Assembly: GCA_044342325.1 (NCBI GenBank)
Contig: JBIIPZ010000062.1
Location: 1 to 12,909, forward strand
Source of the DNA: Terrimicrobiaceae bacterium
Lineage (GTDB): Bacteria > Verrucomicrobiota > Verrucomicrobiia > Chthoniobacterales > Terrimicrobiaceae
Direction of reading: 5' to 3'
Length of the DNA: 12,909 nt
Shown here: in pieces, positions 5,598 through 12,909 of the stretch
How the letters are laid out: the number at the start of each line of letters is the position of its first letter
Numbering within the stretch: the stretch's first letter is position 1
Translations under genes and position numbers: made by a program
The notes under the pieces: model-generated
What the model saw: the letters and a program-made list of their open reading frames with translations, nothing else
Database searches by the model: none
What the model was told of the DNA's origin: nothing

Positions 5598-5953
5598 GGC
5601 TTTGCGTTGGGAATTTGAAGGGCGAGAAAGCGGCGAGTCATGAGCATTTTCGTGAAGAGAACGACGGAGTCCTGAGCGGCTGACATTTCGATGTGGAGGG
5701 TTTCCGCGAGCAGTGTTGCAATTTTTGTGAGGCTGGAGCGGTCATCCACCATCGACCAGAATACCGCGCCGTTTTTGTCCAATTGGAGGTGGACGTGTGT
5801 GTCGAGGCGAAGGATGCGACGGAACCAGGCGTCGAGGGGACCGCGCACCGCAATGGGGCGGCGCAGGTGGAGTTGCCCCAGGGAATCCGCGCGCGACTCG
5901 GTATCGGGCAAGCGGACCGGAATGGCATGGAGCGGTTGGTTCTGTGCGGGCAT
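5594..5953 (-). CDS. PqqD-family / RiPP recognition element-like protein, 119 aa
   Basis: The C-terminal LQLDKNGAVFWSMVDDRSSLTKIATLLAE...AQDSVVLFTKMLMTRRFL fits the PqqD winged-helix pattern (L...G..IW..ID...S...I...L...F...L....L). The ORF exactly fills the gap between two ATPase genes (1-nt gap and 4-nt overlap). Confidence 0.8.
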   Translation of the reverse strand: MPAQNQPLHAIPVRLPDTESRADSLGQLHLRRPIAVRGPLDAWFRRILRLDTHVHLQLDKNGAVFWSMVDDRSSLTKIATLLAETLHIEMSAAQDSVVLFTKMLMTRRFLALQIPNAKP

Positions 5954-5954
5954 T

Positions 5955-6725
5955 TTAATGAAATTCGTTGCTGGTGAAATCCACCTCGTGCGGGCGGGCG
6001 ACCTTCTCGATGCGGCCGTCGCGAATCCAGAGGATGCGGTCGGAGCATTTGAGCATTTTCAAATCGTGAGTGGCGGAAATGATGGTGACGCCGAGTTCGT
6101 TGCGGAGCTTCTGGAGTAGGCCGATCATCTCCTCGCCGGTTTTCTGGTCGAGGTTGGCAGTGGGTTCGTCGGCGAGGATGATTTCAGGCCGGTTGGCAAG
6201 GGATCGGGCGATGGCGATGCGCTGTTGCTGGCCGCCGGAAAGTTCGCCGGGCTTGTGGAGGATGCGGTGTCCGAGGCCGACGATTTTGAGAAGTTCGATA
6301 CTGCGCTCGCGGCCCTCTTCCGCATCGGCGCCGGCAAAACTCATGGGGAGCATGACATTTTCCAGACATGTCATGGTGCCGATCAGGTTGTAACTTTGAA
6401 AAATGTAACCGATTTTGCGGCAGCGGAACCACGCGAGTTCGTCGCAGTCGAGTTGGGCAACATCGACCTGATCGATGTAAACTTTTCCACTGGTCGGCTT
6501 CGAGAGCGCGCCAATCATGTTGAAGAGGGTCGATTTCCCCGAACCCGACGGGCCCATGATGGAGAGGTATTCCCCCCGGTGGATTTCAAGAGTCGCGCCA
6601 CGGAGAGCGTGGGTCTCCTGAGTGCCAGTGCGGTAGATTTTTTTCACATCCACGGCACGGATGATGCAGGATGGGCTATCGCTTGGGGAACGGAGGGCGG
6701 CGAATTGTTTGGCGGTGACCGGCAT
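5955..6725 (-). CDS. ABC transporter ATP-binding protein, LolD/MacB/FtsE family, 256 aa
   Basis: Motifs [38 protein letters not shown] and ATHD. It is a paralog of 4875-5597. Confidence 0.96.
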   Translation of the reverse strand: MPVTAKQFAALRSPSDSPSCIIRAVDVKKIYRTGTQETHALRGATLEIHRGEYLSIMGPSGSGKSTLFNMIGALSKPTSGKVYIDQVDVAQLDCDELAWFRCRKIGYIFQSYNLIGTMTCLENVMLPMSFAGADAEEGRERSIELLKIVGLGHRILHKPGELSGGQQQRIAIARSLANRPEIILADEPTANLDQKTGEEMIGLLQKLRNELGVTIISATHDLKMLKCSDRILWIRDGRIEKVARPHEVDFTSNEFH

Positions 6726-6731
6726 GGGGAA

Positions 6732-7739
6732 TCAAATATTTGTGCGCAGGGCGGTGGCTGGCACCATGCGCGAGGCGAAGCTGGCTGGGTAGATGGCGGC
6801 CAGGATGGAGGCAGTGATCCCTCCGGCAATGCAAGCGGTGAATGACAAGGAAATCCCGATCCATGGAAAGGAGGAAAAAACGAGCCACCATCCGAAGGAG
6901 AAGCCGTAGAGAACGAGGGCAAAGAGCAAGCCGAAGACGGCCCCCGAGATGCTGCCGACGAAGCCGACAACGGCCGACTCGACAAAGAAAACACGGCGGA
7001 TGAAGGAGGAAAGCGCCCCGAGGCACTTCATGGTTCCAATTTCTTTGAATCGTTCCGTCACGGACATGAGGAGCGCGTTGCTGATACTGATCATTGTGAC
7101 AAGGACGGCAATGCACATGATCCAAATGGTGCGAACTTGATCTGTCTTAGCCTCGCGGGCTTGTTTTTGGATTTCCTCCTCATCGGGAGGCCGCTGGAGG
7201 ACAACGACGGGAACACCGGAATGATCGCCCGCCGGCATGCGGGTGAACGCGGCCACGGGCTTCGCGAGTTGCGCGCCATGGGATTTCCAAAGCGCTGCGG
7301 GCAACGAATCGCCAAGGACAATCAAGGCGTCGGCCACTTTGCCATCTGCGGCAGGCTTTGCGTTTTCAAAATCCACAAAGCCCTTCGCTCCCTCGCGGCG
7401 CAAGAGCTCCAGAAACCTTTCCTCGAGGAGAGTAGGTGCGCTGGACTTGTAGATGGCAAAGGTTTTTCCAGCGGGCGCGCCTGCTTCCACCTTGAGGAAG
7501 CCCGCCATGGCGTCGAGGGATTGGCGGGTTTCGATTTCGCCGGTCACCTGTTTGCGGATGAGATAAGCGGTGAGAATCGACATGAGGAAGGCGACGCCAA
7601 GCACGACGCCGAGCATCGTCACAATCGAACGCCCAAGACGGATGCGGATGCCCTGAACAACGATCTCCCAGACGATCGATATCGGGAGTTTGACTTGATC
7701 CGGAATGGTCGCTGAGCCTGATGATTGCTGAGGATTCAT
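6732..7739 (-). CDS. FtsX/MacB-like ABC permease, 335 aa
   Basis: N-terminal RLGRSIVTMLGVVLGVAFLMSIL, a short extracytoplasmic domain, then the FtsX motif ISNALLMSVTERFKEIGTMKCLGA...FFVES and a terminal AAIYPASFASRMVPATALR. Confidence 0.93.
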   Translation of the reverse strand: MNPQQSSGSATIPDQVKLPISIVWEIVVQGIRIRLGRSIVTMLGVVLGVAFLMSILTAYLIRKQVTGEIETRQSLDAMAGFLKVEAGAPAGKTFAIYKSSAPTLLEERFLELLRREGAKGFVDFENAKPAADGKVADALIVLGDSLPAALWKSHGAQLAKPVAAFTRMPAGDHSGVPVVVLQRPPDEEEIQKQAREAKTDQVRTIWIMCIAVLVTMISISNALLMSVTERFKEIGTMKCLGALSSFIRRVFFVESAVVGFVGSISGAVFGLLFALVLYGFSFGWWLVFSSFPWIGISLSFTACIAGGITASILAAIYPASFASRMVPATALRTNI

Positions 7740-7743
7740 GATA

Positions 7744-9831
7744 CTAAAATGGCAGGCTGGAGACGGCTTGCTGAATGAGTTTCAAGGCAATGGTTGCCAT
7801 GGCCACCAGGCCGACGCCGGTAAAATAACCCGCCATGATCGTCGGCGCGATACGGAGAAAATTCGTCTCACCGAATTTTTTCTGGAAATAAAACCGGCCC
7901 AGCATGGCTCCTACGATTTCGAGAATCATGGAATGCGGGAGGTCGCCGAAGCCACGCACCATACCGTAGACGAGCATGACCGGAAGACCGAATCCGCTGA
8001 GCACCGCAAAGAGGACCAGAGAGAGACCAAGACCACCGAAAATCGCTGAGGGGTGGATCGCCTGCATGAATTCGCTGTCTGCGATATTATGAGCGGCAGG
8101 ATCCATTCCTGGCGGAACGAAAGTGGAGGAGTAAAGCAGCGCCTGGCTCTTCGCGGACAATTCCCAGCGCAGCGCGGCGTTGGGGAAGGCTTCCGAGGGA
8201 ACGGGGCCAGAACTCCAGATAAAGGACCAGTAGGCGAGAGAAAGAACGAGAAGAATCGGCAAGGCCACGATCTCGGCCTTGAAAAGCGACCAGAAACGGA
8301 CACCGGTGAGTTCATTGACCCGGAAGGACTGGGCCAGCGAGCCGTAGTTTTCAATTGGAATCGGAGCCAACCAGACATCGACCCCCTTTGCGCCAGAGAA
8401 GATGAAAGCCCCCTCGCGGACGAAGGGAATTTCCACCGTCTGCCCGGCCACACCAAGGAGGCGGGCGTTTACATAGGAGATGAACGGAGAGTAAACGAAC
8501 GCGAAGATGAGCAAAAAGGTGATCGGGAATGCCGGCACGAGCAGGTGCACTAGGTAAACCATGGCACCCGCTGCGACGATGTAGCCGACCAGGGCGAGCC
8601 AGAGCGGGTAGTCTCCCCTACCCTCGGGAACAGCCCAGATGTTTTCCCGTGGCCCATCGCCCTTCTCGGAGCGGGATTTTTTGAGCGTTTTGGTCAGGGT
8701 GAGAACTGTCGAAAAAATCGAGACGACGGCAATGCCAAGGCCGGTGCCGAAGCCGAAACTCATCCAAAAATCCATGCTGTTTGAGAAGGTCGTATTGACC
8801 GTGTCCATGCCCGGCTGCCAGCGGGAAAGGACGCCCATGGATTGGAGCACCGGATTCGCCACGGCCGTAATGACGATGGCGAGGAATGTCCCGATCACCG
8901 CCCAGAACGGCAGCACAAATCCAATGATGAGGACGCCGATATCGAGCGTGATTCCCGTCGGCGTGGCCGGTAGAACGCCTTCCGTGAGGATCGTGGTGTC
9001 AATGAAGGGCTGGGGAATGAGAAACACAGGTTTCTCGAGAAACAGGCCAGTAATGGCCGGCACGCCCACTTGGAGGAAGCCGTAGAGCAATCCGATCGTG
9101 ATGCCGATGGTGAAGATTCTCCAACGACTCAAGACGGGCTTGGATTCCCCATTAGCAGAGGCATCGGCGGAATTGGATTTTTTGTCATCATCCTCCTCGG
9201 CGAGAGCCATGGTGCCTTGGGCGGCGATTGGCGCCAAGGGGAAGGCCAGTTTCTCGACATCGGAGGTCAACCGGAAAAGAAAATAACCGAGCGTGTATTT
9301 TTTGATGAAGCCCAACAGCGTGATGAACACGATGAGCGCAATGGGAACAAAGAAATCTGAATGCAGAAGGTTGCGCTCCAGGATCGCCGCACTGTCGGGA
9401 GGCGGCACGAACCAACTCGGGAAATGGCCCAGCATGCCGGAATTCCTCATGACATCGCTGGTGGCCAAGTAAGAACGATAGACGAGTGGCGCCATGGGGC
9501 CACCGGGGAAAAGCATTGCTCCACCCATCATGATGCTGGCCGCATGCAATAGCACAACGAGGTTCTGCTTGGTGAGTGGTTTCATGGCCCGGCGGGCGAT
9601 TTCTCCAAACAGGATCAGCGTGACCCATGTGCTGGCCGATGCCATGTCGCCACCGGTCATGAGACCGAGGTAGATGGCTCCGGGCATCATGATGAGGCCG
9701 CAGAAAAAAATGCCGACAACGGTGGTCCATCCGAAGCCGTCCTTGAACTCCGTCGGCGTTTCAAGAAGCGTGCGGTAGCGTTCCAACTCCGCATCCACCG
9801 CCGGCTTGGTTTTTCCCTTTTTATTAAACAT
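7744..9831 (-). CDS. OPT (oligopeptide transporter)-like polytopic membrane protein, about 695 aa
   Basis: Many hydrophobic segments, with MPGAIYLGLMTG, LTKQNLVVL, DVEKLAFPLAPIAAQGTMAL and a terminal AGYFTGVGL resembling OPT-superfamily proteins. The start is moved to ATG 9831: GGAG lies 8 nt upstream and there is an 8-nt overlap with the upstream gene, whereas the ORF-track start at 9954 would overlap it by 131 nt. Confidence 0.8.
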   Translation of the reverse strand: MFNKKGKTKPAVDAELERYRTLLETPTEFKDGFGWTTVVGIFFCGLIMMPGAIYLGLMTGGDMASASTWVTLILFGEIARRAMKPLTKQNLVVLLHAASIMMGGAMLFPGGPMAPLVYRSYLATSDVMRNSGMLGHFPSWFVPPPDSAAILERNLLHSDFFVPIALIVFITLLGFIKKYTLGYFLFRLTSDVEKLAFPLAPIAAQGTMALAEEDDDKKSNSADASANGESKPVLSRWRIFTIGITIGLLYGFLQVGVPAITGLFLEKPVFLIPQPFIDTTILTEGVLPATPTGITLDIGVLIIGFVLPFWAVIGTFLAIVITAVANPVLQSMGVLSRWQPGMDTVNTTFSNSMDFWMSFGFGTGLGIAVVSIFSTVLTLTKTLKKSRSEKGDGPRENIWAVPEGRGDYPLWLALVGYIVAAGAMVYLVHLLVPAFPITFLLIFAFVYSPFISYVNARLLGVAGQTVEIPFVREGAFIFSGAKGVDVWLAPIPIENYGSLAQSFRVNELTGVRFWSLFKAEIVALPILLVLSLAYWSFIWSSGPVPSEAFPNAALRWELSAKSQALLYSSTFVPPGMDPAAHNIADSEFMQAIHPSAIFGGLGLSLVLFAVLSGFGLPVMLVYGMVRGFGDLPHSMILEIVGAMLGRFYFQKKFGETNFLRIAPTIMAGYFTGVGLVAMATIALKLIQQAVSSLPF

Positions 9832-12800
9832 GGCGTAACTCCGGATTAAGAGCCTCTGTGCGGCGAACCTCATCGGCAAAAAGCGCTTCAGCCCTTTTGA
9901 AGAAATCTTTTTTCTGAGCCGGGGAAACGGCGCGCCAATGCAGGAATTGCTCACGGAAATTGACCATCAGGCTGGCGTTGAGTCTGAGCCAGGATTCCCG
10001 CGTTCCCGAGATGCGGCGAATGGAAATACGGGCGACAAACTCACCGGTCTCGCTATCCAGCGGGAGGGAAATTTCGAGATTTTGGGAGACGCCCAGATCA
10101 AAGGGTTTAGGCCAGATAGTGGCAGAGACAGAAGGCACAATGTCCTCCCCAGAACCTTGCACATCCAGAACCGGCGAAGAAGCGGAGAACTTCCCCGAAC
10201 CGCCCTCACCATGGTCATCCAGAAAACTATGGAAAAAAGCCATCACGGCAAATCGGTCGTGCGTGTCGAAGGTGAATGGCAAATTGAAAGAAACCGTATC
10301 GCCGTCGGGCTCTGGTAATTTCCAACCGGAATCCTCACTCGGTGCTGCAATTTGAAGCGCCGTGCGCGCGGGGAAAATCGTTGAGAAAAAGACTGCTCCC
10401 ATGACGGCCAGCGAGGCAAAAATGGTGCTCGGTCCCGCAAAGGTCATATTGAGCCCCCCTGTAAGATTCAAGGCCGTGAGCGTAAACCCGGACGCCTGAC
10501 TCAAAAGATACCCTAATACAGTTCCAACAATGGAGTAAACAAAGGCTTCTGTGAAGAACATGAAGAAAATATAGCGAGGGGCGATACCTACCGCGTTGTA
10601 TACATAGATTTCATCTTTCCGCTCATAAACAGATCCCTTCATGGTGTTTAAAACAGTAAGAGCTGCTATAACGAGGGGCATGATGAGATCCACTAATCCT
10701 CGAAGGGAGTTTTCACGCCCGATTTTTCCCAGATAGGCGACCCCATCCAAGCCGTAAAACGAGGAAACCCCAGTTTTTTCCAAGTGACTTGTAACTATAT
10801 TTTTGGCATCTTTATAGCCGAGTCCATCCAAGCGAACCACCAGTGAGGCGAGGGTTTTATTGGAACCCGGCACAGTGGGAAGCGCGGTTGCGATTATAAC
10901 GACATTTTCTGCGGCGATTCGTGGATCCTCAGGACTGAAAACTGGCATTCCATTGGGACGAGTTGAGACTTTGGGGAGAGCCATGATATCACTGGGCAGA
11001 ATGGAGTGACCATCTATATCTTGCAAGGCATTGAGAGCCTGAGAGTCAAAAATACCGACCGCATGATATGGGGAACCGTTGATTTGCACCGGAACGCCGT
11101 CCAGGGATGAATTCACATCCTCAAGGGAGATCCCCAAATCCTTCGCAATGCGGTCCGAAACAATCACCGGCGGCTTGGTCGATTGCAAGGACTGATCCGT
11201 GAACCAGAAGGGCTTGGTCAAAAGTTGAATTTTCGATTGCAATGGTTCTTGGGGCGATAATTGCAGAATGGAAAGAAAGCGGGTGGACTGACTCGACGCG
11301 GTTCCATCGTTCCTGCGAATTTCAAGATCTGGGTTTTGAGCAAGATTCAAGTAAACATCCATCGTTCCTGTGAGGTAGGCACGAGATGAAATGGGAAAAC
11401 GATTGCCGTAATTTTGCTTAATGGCAAAGGCTTCCGACGAGTCATAACTTTGATCGTCCACCATTTTCAAAAGGAGTCCTTGATACGAGGCTGGACCGAG
11501 GGTGGTGGTGCGATCCACATAATCTGACCGAACCGAGGTGAAGGCAATCATCGCAAAGGTGATCAGAACCAAGGTCGCGCAGGTCAGGCCAGTGCGGACT
11601 TTCCTGCGGTGCATATTATTCAGCCCAAGCATGAAAGCCGTTACAATAATGCCCATGGTATTGACACTCACTCCCACGGCCCGTCCACGCATGGCTTCCA
11701 AGGCGGCGAGATTTTCGCGGAATTTTCCGGCGAAAAGAATCGTCACGCCGCCCGAAATCAGAAGGATGACAAAGCCGAGGAGGATCATGACCGAGGAACG
11801 GATCAACTCAAAAGCCGGGTGCAGGAAACGCAACATGGCAAAAACGATCAGGAAAATGATGGCCTGGGTCGCGAGTTGCTTTCGTATATCAGAATAAGCA
11901 AAAATAAGCTTCTCCATGAAAAATGTAAACGGAACGAGCAGTGCAAGATACCAGAGAATGCTTAGAACGGCTCCGTTGATATTATCGAGCAGGATCGGGT
12001 GCGCGATAAGCGAATAGGCGGCTGATTCGCGAGCAACAAGAACAGCGTCTGTATAGGAAAGCGCGGCTGATTTGGCTTTTAAAAGAAGTTCAGCGCTTCG
12101 GTTTATAACCTTCGACACGGTTTCGTTAAGCATGTTGCGTCGTTCCTGCAACTCCGCTCGGATCGTATTGGTGCGCAAAATGGAATCCGCCATACCAAAG
12201 GCTGTTTTCTTAAAAATCGATTCATCACCAGAGAGATAGCCAATACCATTGATGCCGCTGACTCCCTCCGTTTTTTGAGGCGATGGCGCACCCAGAAGGA
12301 ATCCACTAATTCTCTGGGCAAGCGGATTACCAGGAACGCCAGAACGCATGGCCACATAGAAAGATTCTGCTGGTTCAACAAATAATGTGAGGACATCCGT
12401 TTCAGTAAAGAGTGCAGTGCGCGCCAATGGCGCCAAACCCTTTCGGCTTAACAAACTCGTATTGACATAGGTCTTTAAGGTTTGAGGATCGGTCAAATCG
12501 GTGAAGGTAACTGGATTAGCCCGGAAAAGAACAAGATTTACCTTTGTGAAGTCAGAAATTCCATAGACAGGAAGTTTTTCAGACTTATAAATGGTTTTTC
12601 CGGATTGATCCTTGGCCCAATCAATTTGACCTATGTCATTAAAATGGAATGCCTGCGGACTGTATTCTTGCGTTCCAATCGCTAGATTGATCGGCGTGTT
12701 GGAGAGTTCATAAAATCCGAGCGGATTTGTGGCCAGAAGCGGACTGCGATAATAGCCGGCGGAGTTTAAAAATGAGGAGGTAATTTGACCGACGACAGCA

Positions 12801-12909
12801 TTTTGAACTGGAAAATTAGGAACCACAGATGCGCCCACATCGGAGGCAAAAACCCGGCCACTGTAGTTTCTCAAATTGGAGAAATTGGAAAGAGAGATGG
12901 GTATTGTTC
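9824..12909 (-). CDS. Very large multidomain FtsX/MacB-like ABC permease (more than 1027 aa; 5' end outside the window)
   Basis: The frame stays open from 12874 to the window edge (TIPISLSNFSN). It has a soluble N-terminal region, a TM block, MacB-type NNMHRRKVRTGLTCATLVLITFAMIAF, an extracytoplasmic domain, the FtsX motif VLNTMKGSVYERKDEIYVYNAVG...FFTEA, and a soluble C-terminal domain of about 170 aa. Confidence 0.9.
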   Translation of the reverse strand, partial: TIPISLSNFSNLRNYSGRVFASDVGASVVPNFPVQNAVVGQITSSFLNSAGYYRSPLLATNPLGFYELSNTPINLAIGTQEYSPQAFHFNDIGQIDWAKDQSGKTIYKSEKLPVYGISDFTKVNLVLFRANPVTFTDLTDPQTLKTYVNTSLLSRKGLAPLARTALFTETDVLTLFVEPAESFYVAMRSGVPGNPLAQRISGFLLGAPSPQKTEGVSGINGIGYLSGDESIFKKTAFGMADSILRTNTIRAELQERRNMLNETVSKVINRSAELLLKAKSAALSYTDAVLVARESAAYSLIAHPILLDNINGAVLSILWYLALLVPFTFFMEKLIFAYSDIRKQLATQAIIFLIVFAMLRFLHPAFELIRSSVMILLGFVILLISGGVTILFAGKFRENLAALEAMRGRAVGVSVNTMGIIVTAFMLGLNNMHRRKVRTGLTCATLVLITFAMIAFTSVRSDYVDRTTTLGPASYQGLLLKMVDDQSYDSSEAFAIKQNYGNRFPISSRAYLTGTMDVYLNLAQNPDLEIRRNDGTASSQSTRFLSILQLSPQEPLQSKIQLLTKPFWFTDQSLQSTKPPVIVSDRIAKDLGISLEDVNSSLDGVPVQINGSPYHAVGIFDSQALNALQDIDGHSILPSDIMALPKVSTRPNGMPVFSPEDPRIAAENVVIIATALPTVPGSNKTLASLVVRLDGLGYKDAKNIVTSHLEKTGVSSFYGLDGVAYLGKIGRENSLRGLVDLIMPLVIAALTVLNTMKGSVYERKDEIYVYNAVGIAPRYIFFMFFTEAFVYSIVGTVLGYLLSQASGFTLTALNLTGGLNMTFAGPSTIFASLAVMGAVFFSTIFPARTALQIAAPSEDSGWKLPEPDGDTVSFNLPFTFDTHDRFAVMAFFHSFLDDHGEGGSGKFSASSPVLDVQGSGEDIVPSVSATIWPKPFDLGVSQNLEISLPLDSETGEFVARISIRRISGTRESWLRLNASLMVNFREQFLHWRAVSPAQKKDFFKRAEALFADEVRRTEALNPELRHV

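Noticed and set aside
5077..6181. Exact 22-nt direct repeat GTGGGTTCGTCGGCGAGGATGA at 5077-5098 and 6160-6181
   Set aside because: It encodes the Walker B motif (ILADEPT) of two paralogous ATPases, so it reflects coding conservation rather than a mobile or regulatory repeat.
4777..7715. Long + strand ORFs (e.g. 4777-5553, 4923-5618, 6225-6845, 7137-7715)
   Set aside because: They are antisense shadows of well-supported GC-rich - strand genes and have no recognisable motifs.
9832..9954. ORF-track N-terminal 41 aa of the OPT-like protein
   Set aside because: It would overlap the upstream permease by 131 nt, whereas ATG 9831 has an SD and a typical short overlap.

Overview
The window has two parts. 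(1) Positions 1-2977 hold a complete integron. A long integron integrase (about 466 aa, + strand, 1577-2977) carries an extra N-terminal domain of about 150 aa. The attI crossover is at 1491/1490. The divergent (- strand) cassette array has at least four genes and runs off the left edge: an Imm10-like immunity protein, a conserved hypothetical, a secreted protein and a truncated fourth gene. Three related attC-type sites separate the genes: one is full-length (983-1109), one has lost half its length (590-637) and one has a degenerate core (89-202). Each attC is crossed by a short ORF whose ATG overlaps the stop of the upstream cassette gene, and two of these ORFs end as ATGA on the next gene's start codon. 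(2) Positions 3169-12909 hold a - strand cluster converging on intI. In order it encodes a very large FtsX/MacB-type permease (5' end outside the window), an OPT-like membrane transporter, a small FtsX permease, an ABC ATPase, a PqqD/RRE-like protein, a second ABC ATPase, a CBM9/DOMON-like protein and a sugar isomerase-like TIM-barrel protein. The gene content and attC style suggest a PVC-group bacterium (Verrucomicrobia-like); this is an inference. All family assignments come from reading motifs by eye, not from database searches.
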